A DNA stretch of 64,000 bases. Origin: Antedon mediterranea. Taxonomy: Eukaryota > Animalia > Echinodermata. Below, piece after piece: positions 1 through 13,700 of the stretch. Each line of letters begins with the position of its first letter. The stretch's first letter is position 1. The notes under the pieces were generated by a model, which was not told the origin of the DNA, ran no database searches, and saw nothing but the letters and a program-made list of their open reading frames with translations. The translations under genes were made by a program, and so were the position numbers. The stretch is from contig NC_092670.1 in NCBI RefSeq assembly GCF_964355755.1, positions 14,866,795-14,930,794 on the forward strand, read 5' to 3'.

Positions 1-1230
1 GCCCCAAATAGGGGTGTTTTCCGATCGTGGTATACACTGTCTAATGGATGTCCATCTTGAAAAATACCCGCCAAAAAAATACGAGGAGGCTTCGCATTTT
101 CCTATCTCCTCCTACGATAATTGTTTTTAATAGCTGAAAACTGGTTGAACAGCTAGAGTACAGCATCATAATGTTGAAGACAGGCCGATTTTCTTAAAAA
201 AATACTATTTTGATAGATTTAATATACGATTATACAAATGTATTGATTTGCGATGAATGGAACATTCAGATCTCTGTTTCACAAGTGTCTATTCCCTCAG
301 GCGTCGTAAAGGCAAGTACAGCACTGTATACTCGAAATTCGATCCATTTTTGTTTTCAATCTGTGCTGCAGAGGTTGGATATAATTTTTTTTTAAACGGA
401 TAATGAGCTAGCGTTTTCACTCGCCGTATATTATGTACAAATCTTTATTATTGCAGTTAAACCACCCACATCATCACCTTTCCCTCACTGGCATGAGTAG
501 CGTTGTAAAACCAGTAGAGAATAGGCCTACGGTACATCACATGCCCTAAACGCAGAACAACTTTGGTGGGTAGGGTAGGAACCAACTTAAGTATGAATTG
601 GCTCTAAGAAACAATTGAAAACCATTAGGCCTACTAATTAAGTTGAGTTAGATAATTTAATATTTATTGACGATTAAATCGAATTTATGATTTTCCCCGA
701 ATAGAGGTGGTTTTCACAAATTGTTTTACATTATATTATAAACATATACACGTCGTAGTGGTGTATCGTTACATGTACTATACTATTTCAATCGACTAGG
801 ACGGTGATAGTTTCAACAAAGTATTACATCGCAATGTTTTACTGTGTTTAGTGGTATATTATTTGTAAAACATGAAAGCAATTAATATTTCGTTACTAAA
901 TGGATAAAGAATATATTTTAACATTGTTCCTCTTTGCACCCATCCTCTTCCCCATCCCTCAACCCTAATGTTACATACAAAACACAAATTAAGTTTGTTT
1001 AAATTTGACTTAAACAATTGGTCTAATTTTATAATAATAGGGTGCTAATTTTAGTTGAGTACATAAATCACAGTGTCTATTTATTCGTTCCTGTAAACGA
1101 CATGTATTATTGTCCTGCGGTACGTACATTTGAAATCGCCAGTTTTTTAACGCTGAAATTATTATGTATTCGAGAACCATCTGTGGGCACGACCTAGATG
1201 GTACGCGAGCGAAGCGAGCGTACCATCTAG
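1..1230 (+). mobile_element. Non-autonomous Helitron family A, copy 1 (5' end outside window)
   Basis: Homologous to 19933-21028; ends in hairpin CTAGATGGTACGC-GAGCGAAGCGA-GCGTACCATCTAG followed by T. Confidence 0.7.
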
Positions 1231-1733
1231 TAAAATTAATTATGTATATAGCGCCATCTGTACAAATATTGCGCAATAGTTGGACGCCCGCTGGCCATAT
1301 TGCGCAATATCCGGGACGCCCGCTGGCCATAAAAAGGTACGCATACTGACCAAACCTACCCAACCCGTATCCATAAATACGTATTATATGAAATGAAATA
1401 TATAGCACGCCTTCTGTCGCTCTGCACTTTGCCAAACTTGGCTCAGTTCTTTAGCAAAATGTGAGCTGTGATTAATGTGCTTTCCTTCCAATACTAGGAA
1501 TCCTGAACCAGTGCCAGGGTTGTAACTCACGACACTTTCAACTCCAGTCAAGCCTTAAATGAGACTTAGTTTATAAACAAGATGAATTATAAAATATCTG
1601 TTGGATGCGTATGGAATTAAAAACCACTTGTATCTTGAATCTGAACTTCGTAACACACAAAATCATTTACTTAACAATTATATTGAAAAAGTTATTTAGA
1701 CACAATTTAAAATGTTTGCTTTATTTTTGTCAG

Positions 1734-4700
1734 GTTGTAAACGTTCAACCTTATTACGATGCTTGTAAGGAAGATGTATGTAACTGTCATAAATCAAGAT
1801 CCGACTGCGCATGCGACTCTTACGAGGCGTACGCAAGAGAATGCGCGCGCAAAAAATTTGAGTTCAAGTGGAGATCAGCAGATAGATGCCGTAAGTGAAA
1901 ATCATTGTTCAAGTAATTTAGGCTAATTTTGAAAGGGAACCGAAAATAATTAGTTTCTAATTATGTTTTAAACAGCTTTGGAATGTCCAAGCAATATGGT
2001 CTACAAGCAATGTGGTTCGTCTTGCCCTTTTGACCTGTAAAAATACAACTGTTGATTGTATAGATGATCATTGCGTTGATGGATGTCATTGCCCAAGTAA
2101 TATGGTTCTAAACAATAACAGGTGCATAGAGCCCGACAAATGCCCATGTATCCATCAGATGAGGGAATACGCAGTCGGAACAACTATCACTGATGAGTGC
2201 AATACGTGGTAAGTAACCATATTAATGGGGATACACTTATATCTGGTTTTTTTTTGCGGTTGTCAGTTCATTTTGTTTTTAAAAAATAGTATATGTTATT
2301 GTTATATAGTATTTTTACTATAATTATAATTCTGTAATTATACACTTGTCATTGTATTAATACGTTTTTTTATATAAAAATATTCAGCGAATGCACGGCA
2401 GTTGGTACTTGGTCTTGTACAGATGAGATCTGTCCGGCAACATGCTCTGCGGTTGGTGATCCTCATTACGTAACGTTTGACGGTCTTCATTACAACTTTG
2501 TTGGTGACTGTAGCTACGTTCTTGTACAGAGTTGTGATGGTGATAATAACACTCTAGATTATTCAATTCAAGTGGAAAACAAAAAGTGTAAATTGCAGAG
2601 CAGCTTCGCATGTACAAAGTACGTTATCTCAGACATTTACTAACCCCATAAGACAAATAATTGTCAATGTATTGTATATGATTATTGCATAAGGGATGGT
2701 GCGATTAGTTAGACAATATAGAACAGTTTGAACAACACTACTTTAAATAATATATATAAACTACAGTTTCACAAGTGAATCAGTTATGCTTGGTTCCCAC
2801 TAGGACGAAACGCGAGGACGTAGACGCAACGCAAGCGAGTTAAACAATGAAAAGCAACTGTTCGCCTAATCCATCGCTTGTGAATGGTCGACTCGCTTAC
2901 GTTGCATCTCTAGTGAGAACCAAGCGTTACTGTACAAGCTTTGTGGTCTTCTTGATATCACCTAACTTGTATTACACTTTTTATCAGTAGTTTTACATTT
3001 GTTAAGCTAACATGTTTGATTCTTATAGGAGCGTAATAGTAAATGTTGGAACAACACGTGTAAAACTGCAACAGAATTACATTGTGTCAGTTAACGGTGA
3101 AGACGTCGATCAGTTGCCCCATTCAGCTTCTGGAGTTTTTATCGAAAAGTTATCATCGATATACCAGAGGGTAACAATATTTTATAACAACAAAAAAACA
3201 TTCACTTTTATTTACAATATAATGCAGTTGTACACCGGTCTATAACCCTTATCGTAATGAACACCCGTGCACGAACATTTCTTCCTATTTATGTCCGTTT
3301 ATGCATTACGTCATTCCTTGGTATAATTTTAATCACTCATAACGGATTGTAACCAGCGCCATCACACGCGTTAAAATACATGTTGAGGCTTTTGTCATGT
3401 AAAATGACAATCTTGTCTCATCAATTAAATAGAAATATGATATATCAATAGGATTGTTTTCTATGTACATTAGACCTTATAATGATTATTATGGAAGTTA
3501 AGTGCAGAAACAGAAAATTATACAGAAACCAATTACAGAAATTATCATAACTAGATGGTTCTCGAATACAAAGTAATTTCAGCGTAACAAAACTGGCGAT
3601 TTCAAATGTACGTACCGCAGGACTACAATACATTGTCGTTTACAGAAACGAATAAATAAACACGATGATTTATGTAGTCAACTAAAATTAGCACCCATGG
3701 GAATTACTTCCGAAGGAGAAACTTATCACAAAATGAGTTCAAATTTTCGATTTGGATTCATTTAAAGAAATTCAATTTGTGTTTTGTATGTAACATTAGG
3801 TTTGAGGGATGGGAAAGCGGATAGGTACAAAGAGGAACAATTTTTAAATATATTCTTTATCCACTCAGTAACGAAATATTTTGTTCATGTTTTATAGGCC
3901 TATAAATAATATACCTCTAAATACAGTAAAACATTTGCCATTTAATACTTTGTTAAAACTGTCACTGTCATAATCGATTGAAATATTAAAGTACACGATA
4001 CACCACTACGACGTTTATATTATAGGTAATTATTAATTAATAATTAATACAAACGTTGAGAGGGAACTGTCAGTATAAAGTTTATTTGTAATAATGTGTT
4101 TATATATCTAACAGTGAAGCCTAACCACAATCTCAGTAATAAAGTTTATTTGTATATATTTTTATATTACATCTAACAGTACGAACATTCACAGTAAGAA
4201 ATGTTCGATTCAAATGAGGACCAAAAATAGTTAATAGGTATTTACAATATTGTCAAAGTATTGCAAGTTTATTCTCAAAGGGCCCATATATTTACCTACC
4301 GTATGTGTTAAACCAAGGGCTCATAAATTTACCTACTTGTGTTAAACCAAACTCTGGCAGACTGAGAGATTGGGATGTTCCATTCATCGCAAATCAATAC
4401 ATTTGTATAATCGTATAATACATCTATCAAAATAGTAATTTTTAAAGAAAATCGGCCTGTCTTCAACATTATGATACTGTACTCTAGCAGTTCAACCGGT
4501 TTTCAGCTATTAAAAATAATTATCGTAGGAGGAGATAGGAAAATACGAAGCCTCCTCGCATTTTTGTGGCGGGTATTTTTCAAGATGGACATCCATTAGA
4601 CAGTGTATACCACGATCGGAAAACACCCCTATTTGGGGCAAATCGTTGAACCTAAATTCGTTTTAATCGTCAATAACTAATTATCTAACTTAATTTAATT

Positions 4701-7700
4701 AGTAAACAGGGTTACATCAGGTGGTTAAAATCAGTACCGAAAGTACGAACCAACTTTATATACCATCGAGTAAAAATTGTAGAAGTAAGGCGCGATTTAC
4801 CGAATTTTGCCCTTACGTAAATTTATATATAGATACATTTAGTATTTGGAAAATGTTACTACCTATTCATATGTTTTTACATGGCCCAATTGATCTTTCT
4901 CCGTGAGTTGGTATCTACAATAGGTCACCAATACAGACAGCTCTTCCCTCGCATCGTTTGCAGTGCAAAACTGTATCCTCCTCTTTCTTTTTATTGTTTT
5001 ATCTCTTCATGATGTTCCCGACCTTAAATAAAACACTGTTCTGGTTCCACATCATTCAAGACGTGTGAACTTGGCGGAGATCATGTAAAAATGTGAATAA
5101 TAAACAAGAAAAAAAAATATAATTCTACTTCATTTTTTCATAGGTCACGTTGGAAAATGGTATGATCGTTTGGTGGGATGGATTTGTTCGAGTGTATGTT
5201 ACAGCTCCACCATCGTTCTTTGGCGAACTGAAAACGTGTGGTCTATGTGGAACATTTGATCACATACAATCAGTAATATTTTATCCATACGTTTATCATT
5301 ATTTTATACATTTAATCACATTTTGCATTTTTATTATTTATTTCTATTTACTACTTTAAAGAAATGCAGTTTAAAAGTTTGTACATCAAAGTAGTTTCTA
5401 ATAAAATAGTTTCTAATAAAATGCAACGAATGTATAAACTACTGGTTATGATATAATTATATTGTTGAACACGCAGAATGACTTCAGAACAAAAGCTGGT
5501 GATACTGAAATCCTAGCGTCTAGCTTTGCTGCTAAGTGGAAGATAGAAGGCTCTTGTCCAGACTCTCCTGGCAATCCGACTATGGAAAATCCGTGTGATA
5601 TCTTCTCTGACAGAAAGCTGCTGTCACGAATGCGTTGCTCAGTTCTGAAATCGGCTCCTTTTGATGGTAAGAAGTTTGTTTATTTAAACTTCATTTATGT
5701 ACAGTTAACTAATCCAAATATGCCAAAATGATATTCTTTTTTAACTAAAAGGAACAACATTCTAAACTCGGATTTAACTAAGGTTAAAGTTAATATATTA
5801 TAGGCCTATAGTGCGTTCCACAAGCAATGTCGTCGTCTCAATGTGCTTAGTGAAGTGGGGTAAAATAAAGAAAACCAGGAATAGCCTAAATAACCAAATT
5901 GACAACAGAACAAAAAAAAAGTCCAAAACGGAATATCGCATCACCGAGACAAGCCAGATATTTAATATCAAGTATCATAATGAGGTTAGCGTCTACCTAT
6001 CCTGCCTAACAAACAATAAAAGAATTAAAAAAGGTATATGAACAATAATGAAATGGAGATTCTGTCTCGAATGCTAGATGGTACTAAATCCAATAACTTG
6101 GGGCCGCAATACAGAAAGCTCTATCACCATAATGTCTTGAGTCGCGATTGACAGCAAAGTAGTATTTGTTGTTATGTTGAGCGTAGTGACCGGGAACATG
6201 TTTCTGCGCTCAACTTGAGCTCAGAAATATATCGTAGAGCCTAGTCTGAAGCAACCACTCACACAGTTTCCAATGAACCACACTTTTAAGCGTCTTTTTG
6301 AAGTTACGCAAACGATAATTTGGATAGACCATAGCATGTCCACACAGGATTACACTCAAGCAAATGCCGATAGAAACAATTAAAAGGTTTCACAAATTAC
6401 AAATCTCTAAAATAGATAACTTTGCTAAGTAATATAATTTGTAGGCCTACTTTGCTTCATATCAGACCTGTTTAGATATCATTTGAGAATGGTGCTTTCT
6501 TTCAGCTTGCCACAATGTTGTTGAAGTTGACCAGTACTTTGAAGATTGTAAATATGAAGTATGCGCCAACGAGGAAACAATCGAGAACAACGACATTTAT
6601 TGTGCCAGTCTAGCAGTGTACGCGGATGTCTGCGCTAAGATGGGGAAACCCATTAATTGGAGATCGAATATAACTGAATGTGGTAAGATCCTAATATGTG
6701 TAATGAATTAAAGTGATGTTAATACAGTAGAGTCGAGATTGTAGGCCTGGAAGTAGATGTGGAAGGTAAAAACCTCCACCAACACCATAGTATTCAAGAA
6801 ACCCCTTAAGCTTAGCTGCTCCCTAGAGACGCAACACAAGGATCTAGACCCAACCCAAGCGAGTTGAACAAAGTGACAAAGTAAATCCATCTTAATCAGA
6901 CCTTGACAAATGCTTGAATACACAGAAATTGAATGTGAAGGAGATAAAGAATACAAGGAATGTGGTTCAGCATGTAAAACCAGTTGTGCTGCACTCAGTC
7001 CGAAATATCATTGTGAGGAAGAATGTGTTCCAGGGTGTAGCTGTCCAAGTGGTCAAGTTATTAACCAAGATGATCGTTGTGTGCCAATCAGCGATTGTTC
7101 TTGTGCATATCACGGTCGGTATTATAATCCAGGAGAAAGTATTAGACCAGGATGTCAGAATTGGTATGCCATTTATTACTTTCTTCATAACATTTCTATA
7201 AACTGTCAACCTTGGCAAACATTGATCATAACCTCACTTATTTTTTTTGTCAGCTTTAAAGCAGAATAAGCATCGTGAATTTCCTTTAAAATGGGAATTT
7301 AAAATGTTTTCTTGTCTTCTGCTTATTAAATTATTATCTGACATCAGTCAGATTTAAAATCGTATTAATAACATTTCACCATTTCTACTTTAGTCGTCAA
7401 TGTTCTAATGGTGTTTGGCATTGTAATAAAGAGCCATGCTCTGACGATGTAGTGTGTAAAGAAAACATGGAATACGTAGCGTGTGGTAACCCGTGCCCTT
7501 TGACATGTGACAATGTAGATGTAGTGGAAAGCACTTGTAGTAACAAGATTTGTGAACCAGGATGTCAGTGTGTTGATGGATATATATTAGATGGTATGAC
7601 ATTTTTTTTAATATTTCATTTCATTTATTTATTCAAGGTCAAACACAGTAAAATGTGTACATGGTTTGAAATTGTTTTTGTTTGTTCAAAGTTAAAAATT

Positions 7701-10700
7701 CACATAAAAATATAAATACAATGTTTACATTATGGCAAAATAGCTAGAGAATAGAATATTGGTTAAAGGTACTTCCATGATACTGAAATGTGCGAGTCAA
7801 TCGTTTAGTGATAGCATAACCTTCATAAATTATAAACCAGTGGAAAACATACGCGTCAAAGACTACTACTACAAAGTACTACATGGAAACAAGACGATTT
7901 TTTTTCTTCAAATTTAATGATACAGTATAAATTGCGTTAACAATCAAACAACACATACAACAAGTTTTCATAATATGTCAAGTGACTTGTGTTGTTTTTT
8001 TCAGGTTCTGAATGTGTAAGAAGAGAAGATTGTTCATGTTCCCATGGTGGTAAAAAATACCGTAGCTCAGAGTCTTTTATGGGGGGCTGTAATAAATGGT
8101 AAATTTTTTTATGGATGAAATTAATATTCATCTGTCAAATTGTACCAAGGTTATCAAACAACAGGATACTGTACTACTGTAAGCTTTCTGTGGTTGTGAC
8201 ACGATCAGCACCCGTCCTCTAAAGGCTTGACTAATTTTCGATTTTCGTATACTTATTGATTTAATTAAAAAATCTTCCCCTTTTAATATATTAATCAATG
8301 CAAGAATTGTGGAGAATGTCCTATATATGAGAGGCACTTTTTGGAGAAACAAAAAATAAATAAAAAATACAATGCGCACATCATCTGGTCGCGTACGCAT
8401 TTTGACTGCATTGTCAAAATGATGTTAAAGTACACTTTCAATTCACACAAAAATGAAAAACTTAAAATGATTGTTAAATCTGAAATGTGATGTCTCTGCT
8501 TCGATCAAATATATTTAAAAAATCAGATGTGTTCGTATATAATTTAGAAAAGGTATATTTCATATTGCTTTATTTATTTATTACTCATTAATATTTACTT
8601 ACAGCACCTGCAAACAGCGCCACTGGAAGTGTGAAAAAAACACATGTCCGGGTAAGTTAAGGTTTTTAACTAATCATTAATAACAATATTGGTTTCTAAA
8701 CTCTGTAAAAAGTATACCAACATTATTTCTGCAGTTGAAATAGCCACCGAGTTAATTTAGGTGTAGTACATGGTACGTATCGCCGTGTATTCTCAAATAC
8801 AATATTCAAAAGTCGTTCGATATTTTATTATTGTTTAAATACTGTAAATATAGGCCACATGAACTAAATGTGCTCAAATATGCATTTTAGTCAAAGACTG
8901 ATGGCATCCTAACTAATGTGTAAGTATCACTTTTGTATTACAGGTATTTGTACTACATATGGGCAAACACATTATACTTCATTTGATGGCAAAGATTTTG
9001 CATTTCAAGGAGACTGTACATATACTTTGGTACAAAGTACTCAAGACTCGCCAATTGAGTTCTCTGTCAAAACTAAAGGCATCATGTGTGGATCTTCTGG
9101 GGTAACATGTACAAAATCGATTGTGTTTACCATTGGTTCTAAAACTGATAAAGAGGTGGTAACATTAATTCGTGGAAAGAATGTTGAGTTGTCTCAAGAT
9201 TCTCATTTTCATATGCATGATGTTGGTAACTATATCTATATTACGATACCAGAAGGAGTTACTTTGCAATGGGATAAAGGTACATTGATATATATAACAC
9301 TTCATCCAATGCATAGTAAAAAGGTAAAGTTTCATTTTATTTATTGTCTAATTCTATATAAGCAAAAGCAGCATGCTTATGCCAGACCAACGAATAATCA
9401 TGCTATAACATTTAGTAATTACATGTACGGAGTACAGCTATCAACAAAAGTGTGAATAAAAATAAAATATATAGTATACAATTCATTCATAGGTAAGCGG
9501 TCTGTGTGGCAACTTTGATAATGCTCTAGTAAACGACTTTGTACCGTCTTCTGGTGGACCGCCAGTTGCTACTGCCATCGAATTTGCTGATAGTTGGAAA
9601 GCACGATCCACTTGTCCAGCTACCAAAGCAAAACGCACTAAATGTTCGGAAATACCACAAAGAGAAATCTGGGCTGAAATGAAATGTGCAATTATGCGAT
9701 TAGACTTATTCGAACCTTGTCATTCTGTAGTAGGACTTAAAACCTATTACGAAAGATGTGTTAAAGATACATGTGAATGTGACTTCGGTGGTGATTGTGA
9801 GTGCTTTTGTACAGCAGTTAAGGCATATGCGCATGCATGTGCTCATCATGGTATTGAAGTAAAATGGAGGTCCAACAAACATTGCCGTAAGTTGTTATAC
9901 GTTATTTTATTCTGGATAATAAGCGTATACGAAATTATGAAAATACTTAATAGAAATATAAAGCAGTATCATTACGTTATTTTTATTTATTATTATTTCA
10001 ATTTATTTCTGGATGTTTTACTTTATCGTTTTGATTTAGCTTTTTGCTTATTTTATTTGTATAAAAGTAGTATCATAGGAACATTTGGTAAAAGCTTCTC
10101 ATCATTTGTGCCACATGTGGTGTGTGTACCATAAAGTTAGGTTGTGGTATATGATACTAGAATATTCATGTGAAACAAATGTGATGTTGTATTACAAAAT
10201 ATTCCTATGCTACTGGGATACAGCACGGGTAATGTTTACATGTACAGTACATATGACAATAAATTTAATCTGAATTTATCAATTGGAGAGTACCGATAAT
10301 CGGATGAACATAAATGAAATACTGTAGTAACGGCTCGGAGAACAATATTATATGAAACAAATTAAAATACACTAAAACAATAAAATATCTGGATCACACA
10401 TTTACTCTTAACTATATTTATAAATTTCATTTTCAAGGGGACATTTATCAAATTATTAATATTAGTTGTTCTGTTAGTTTACTTATAATAACTAAAACTA
10501 CGAAAACGATGAAACAAAAGCAACCTTTAGTTATTTTGAATGTAACTCATCTAATATCTATGGTACTATTCTATTCCAAACTTAGCTATGCAATGTCACG
10601 GCTTTAGTCAGTGGCAACCATGTACCTCACCATGCCCACGGACATGTGACAACTACTGCAACGAACAAAAATGTGAAATTGAAGGTTGTGTTGAAGGCTG

Positions 10701-13700
10701 TGAATGTGAAGAAAATCTGGTTTTAGATTCTAAAATTAATAAGTGTGTACCTATAGATAAATGCTCAACGGTTTGTCCACCAACAACAAGTAAGTAATAG
10801 TGTAGTCATAGTCATATAGTCATAGTCATATATACTTTATTGTCCATTTAAAAAAACAGAAATGTGATTTGAAAACTGGCAAAATACAAAAATATAAAAT
10901 ACAATTTACAAAAAAACACACAAAAAGTTAAGAGGCTAAAAATTGTTAAAATTAGATACAAATTATCGGTTACATGATGTAGCATCAGCTGCATATAGAT
11001 GTGGAAATATTTGTTTGTTTTATTACTACATTATAATACTCTTATGTCGCCAAGTACAACACAACGATAATTAGCTAAATTCATTTGTACTTTTATTTAC
11101 ACATCTCTCTGGCTTGAAAAATACTTCAAATAGAAATACACGGTCTTATTTTTAATTTATTAACTATGTAAAATATCTTGGTATAAACATTGATAATTCA
11201 ATTAGCTGTGACTTATATAGTAGATAAAGTATAATGGTGGTAAATATTACTAAATACACACAATACTGTAAACCAAACTTGTCTTTATTAATGTTTCCAT
11301 TGGATGTTGGACGTTAAATCGGAAATTTCATTATGGAAAGTGGAAAACAAGACAAAGAAAAAATCACCTACCACCTGAGATCTGTAAGGGCGGACGCCGA
11401 GGAAACAATAGAACCGGTCAGCGCGGGAAGCGCAGCCCAACCGTCGAATTCCGTACTAGACCAGAAACTGGACATGATCATTCAAAAACTAGAATCGATG
11501 GATAAGCGTGTAAAAAACCTAGGATCCCGGATGAGTAAAGCAGAGGGAAAATCCAAAACACAAAATCAGGACATCGCAGAAATTCATCGGTCATTAGAAT
11601 TCATTGGTAAAAGTGTAGAAGAAAACACAACAAAATGCAAGTCGACAAGTGAAATTACAGGTAATTTTGAATATTTACAAAACAAAGTTGAAGACCTGGA
11701 AAACAGGTCCAGAAGAAATAACCTTGTAATTCACAACGTACCGGAAGGCTATGAAAAGAAGGAAAATAAAACATGTGAAGAATTAGTGAAATATATATTA
11801 ACCTCCCATATGAAATTGGAAGATGGCGAACACATCGAGATCGAACGCGCCCATAGAACACCTGGCTATTTGCATAATAAAGGATCAACAAAACGCAAAC
11901 AAACGCCTAGGCTGATTCATGTTAAGTTACTCCGCTTCACTGATCGTCAATTTGTACTGAGGAATGCTGCAAAAACGCTGAAGAACTATCCACTGCACAC
12001 CAATCTTATATATATTAGCGACGATGTTTCAAAGAAGGTGAGAGAGCAGCGGAAAATACTGAGGCAAAATCACATCGAAAGAATAAGACGGCGATCGGAC
12101 GTTAAGTTCGCGTTTATCCCGTTCTGTGTGCCTCCAGTTATTAGATACCAGAAGCAAGATGGCCGCTTTGAATCATTCGTACCTGGACAAAACAGCAAAT
12201 GAACTACCAGGGTGTAAACAAAAGGTATTTTGATCCCTAGACTGTGAACACTTTTTATAATTTTCTTTTTTATCTATTACTACGGCATTGCAAATATAGA
12301 TATGTTTTATATCAATTTACATGTACATGATAGCTACTCGCAGATGGCGATGGTTATCCAATGCTACGCATTTTTGTATTTGATGTTCTCAAGTGTAATT
12401 AATGTTAATGTTATCTTTAATTTTATTTTTTTTATTTTGAGTATCGCATTTTATAGACTATTAAATGTGTATGTTTTTATACCCACGGTAATGGAAACGG
12501 CTATACAAAACCGGACTCCGCTAATTATTTGCATTCTTAACATATACTATTTATTTCCATCAGATAACGATGTACAGTATCTATAACGACGTTTATGATC
12601 TCAATTGTTATTATCTCTCTGATATAACTAAATGTATAATAATAACGCAGACAGTAATAAAACCACAAAAAAATAAATATGGGTAGCATAGATATATGTA
12701 GTTTAAATGTACGGGGGCTTAGAAACCCTTTTAAACGCAGCACCGTATTTAATTGGCTAAGGGATCAACCCTTCTCCATATATCTCCTACAAGAAACCCA
12801 CTGCACACATGAGCTGGAAACTGCGTGGCGTAATGACTGGGGTTCTGAGATTAAATTTAGCAATGGAAAGAATAATTCGGCTGGAGTCTGTATTCTTTTA
12901 AAATTAAATGTCAGCTACAAAATAGGAAACATATACAATGATCAAAATGGGAAATTTATTATTATGAATATACAAATAGAGGATAAACATATTACAATTG
13001 CAAATTTATATGGACCAAATGATGACAACAGTTTCTTTTTTGAACAATTTAATAATAAAATTGAGGAGTTCGCACAGTACTCTCTAATAATAGGCGGAGA
13101 TTTTAATACAATACTTGAACCTGATCTGGATAAGAAAAATGGAAGAGGTCAAATTCACCCGAGATCTGTAGAACAAATAAATAGTATAAAAGACAATTAT
13201 AATTTAATTGACATCTGGAGACAGGAAAATCCAACTAAAACCCAATTTACATGGCACTCCAATCAATCTCCAAAAGTGTTCTGTAGGTTAGATTATTTTC
13301 TTATATCCTATGAACTTTGGTCTCAAGTTGAAAAAACTTTAATATCACCGGGTTTTAAAAGTGACCATTCATTGATTACGTTATCAATACATGGAATAAC
13401 AAGCAAACGAGGGTCAGGTTTCTGGAAACTGAATACAAGCCTTTTAAGTGACCCACAATACGTTAAAGAAATTAAAGAAACCATAAAAAACACAAAAGAA
13501 GAATGTTTAGAAAATAACCCACATACTGTATGGGAAATGATAAAATGTAATACAAGGAGAACATCAATGTCGTATTCTGGTAGACTAAATAAAACAATTA
13601 AAAAAGACGCGGATCGATTAAACAATGAAATCAAAACCTTAGAAGAGCAATATTGCGTAAACAGTAATGAAAAAATAACCGAAATGATCCAAATTAAAAG

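Noticed and set aside
1010-1435. 141-aa minus-strand ORF
   Set aside because: Spans a Helitron end and an adjacent small repeat; homologous copies do not appear to keep the frame
12302-12586. 94-aa hydrophobic ORF in the LINE inter-ORF spacer
   Set aside because: Composition is explained by T-rich sequence and there is no motif; would need conservation across copies
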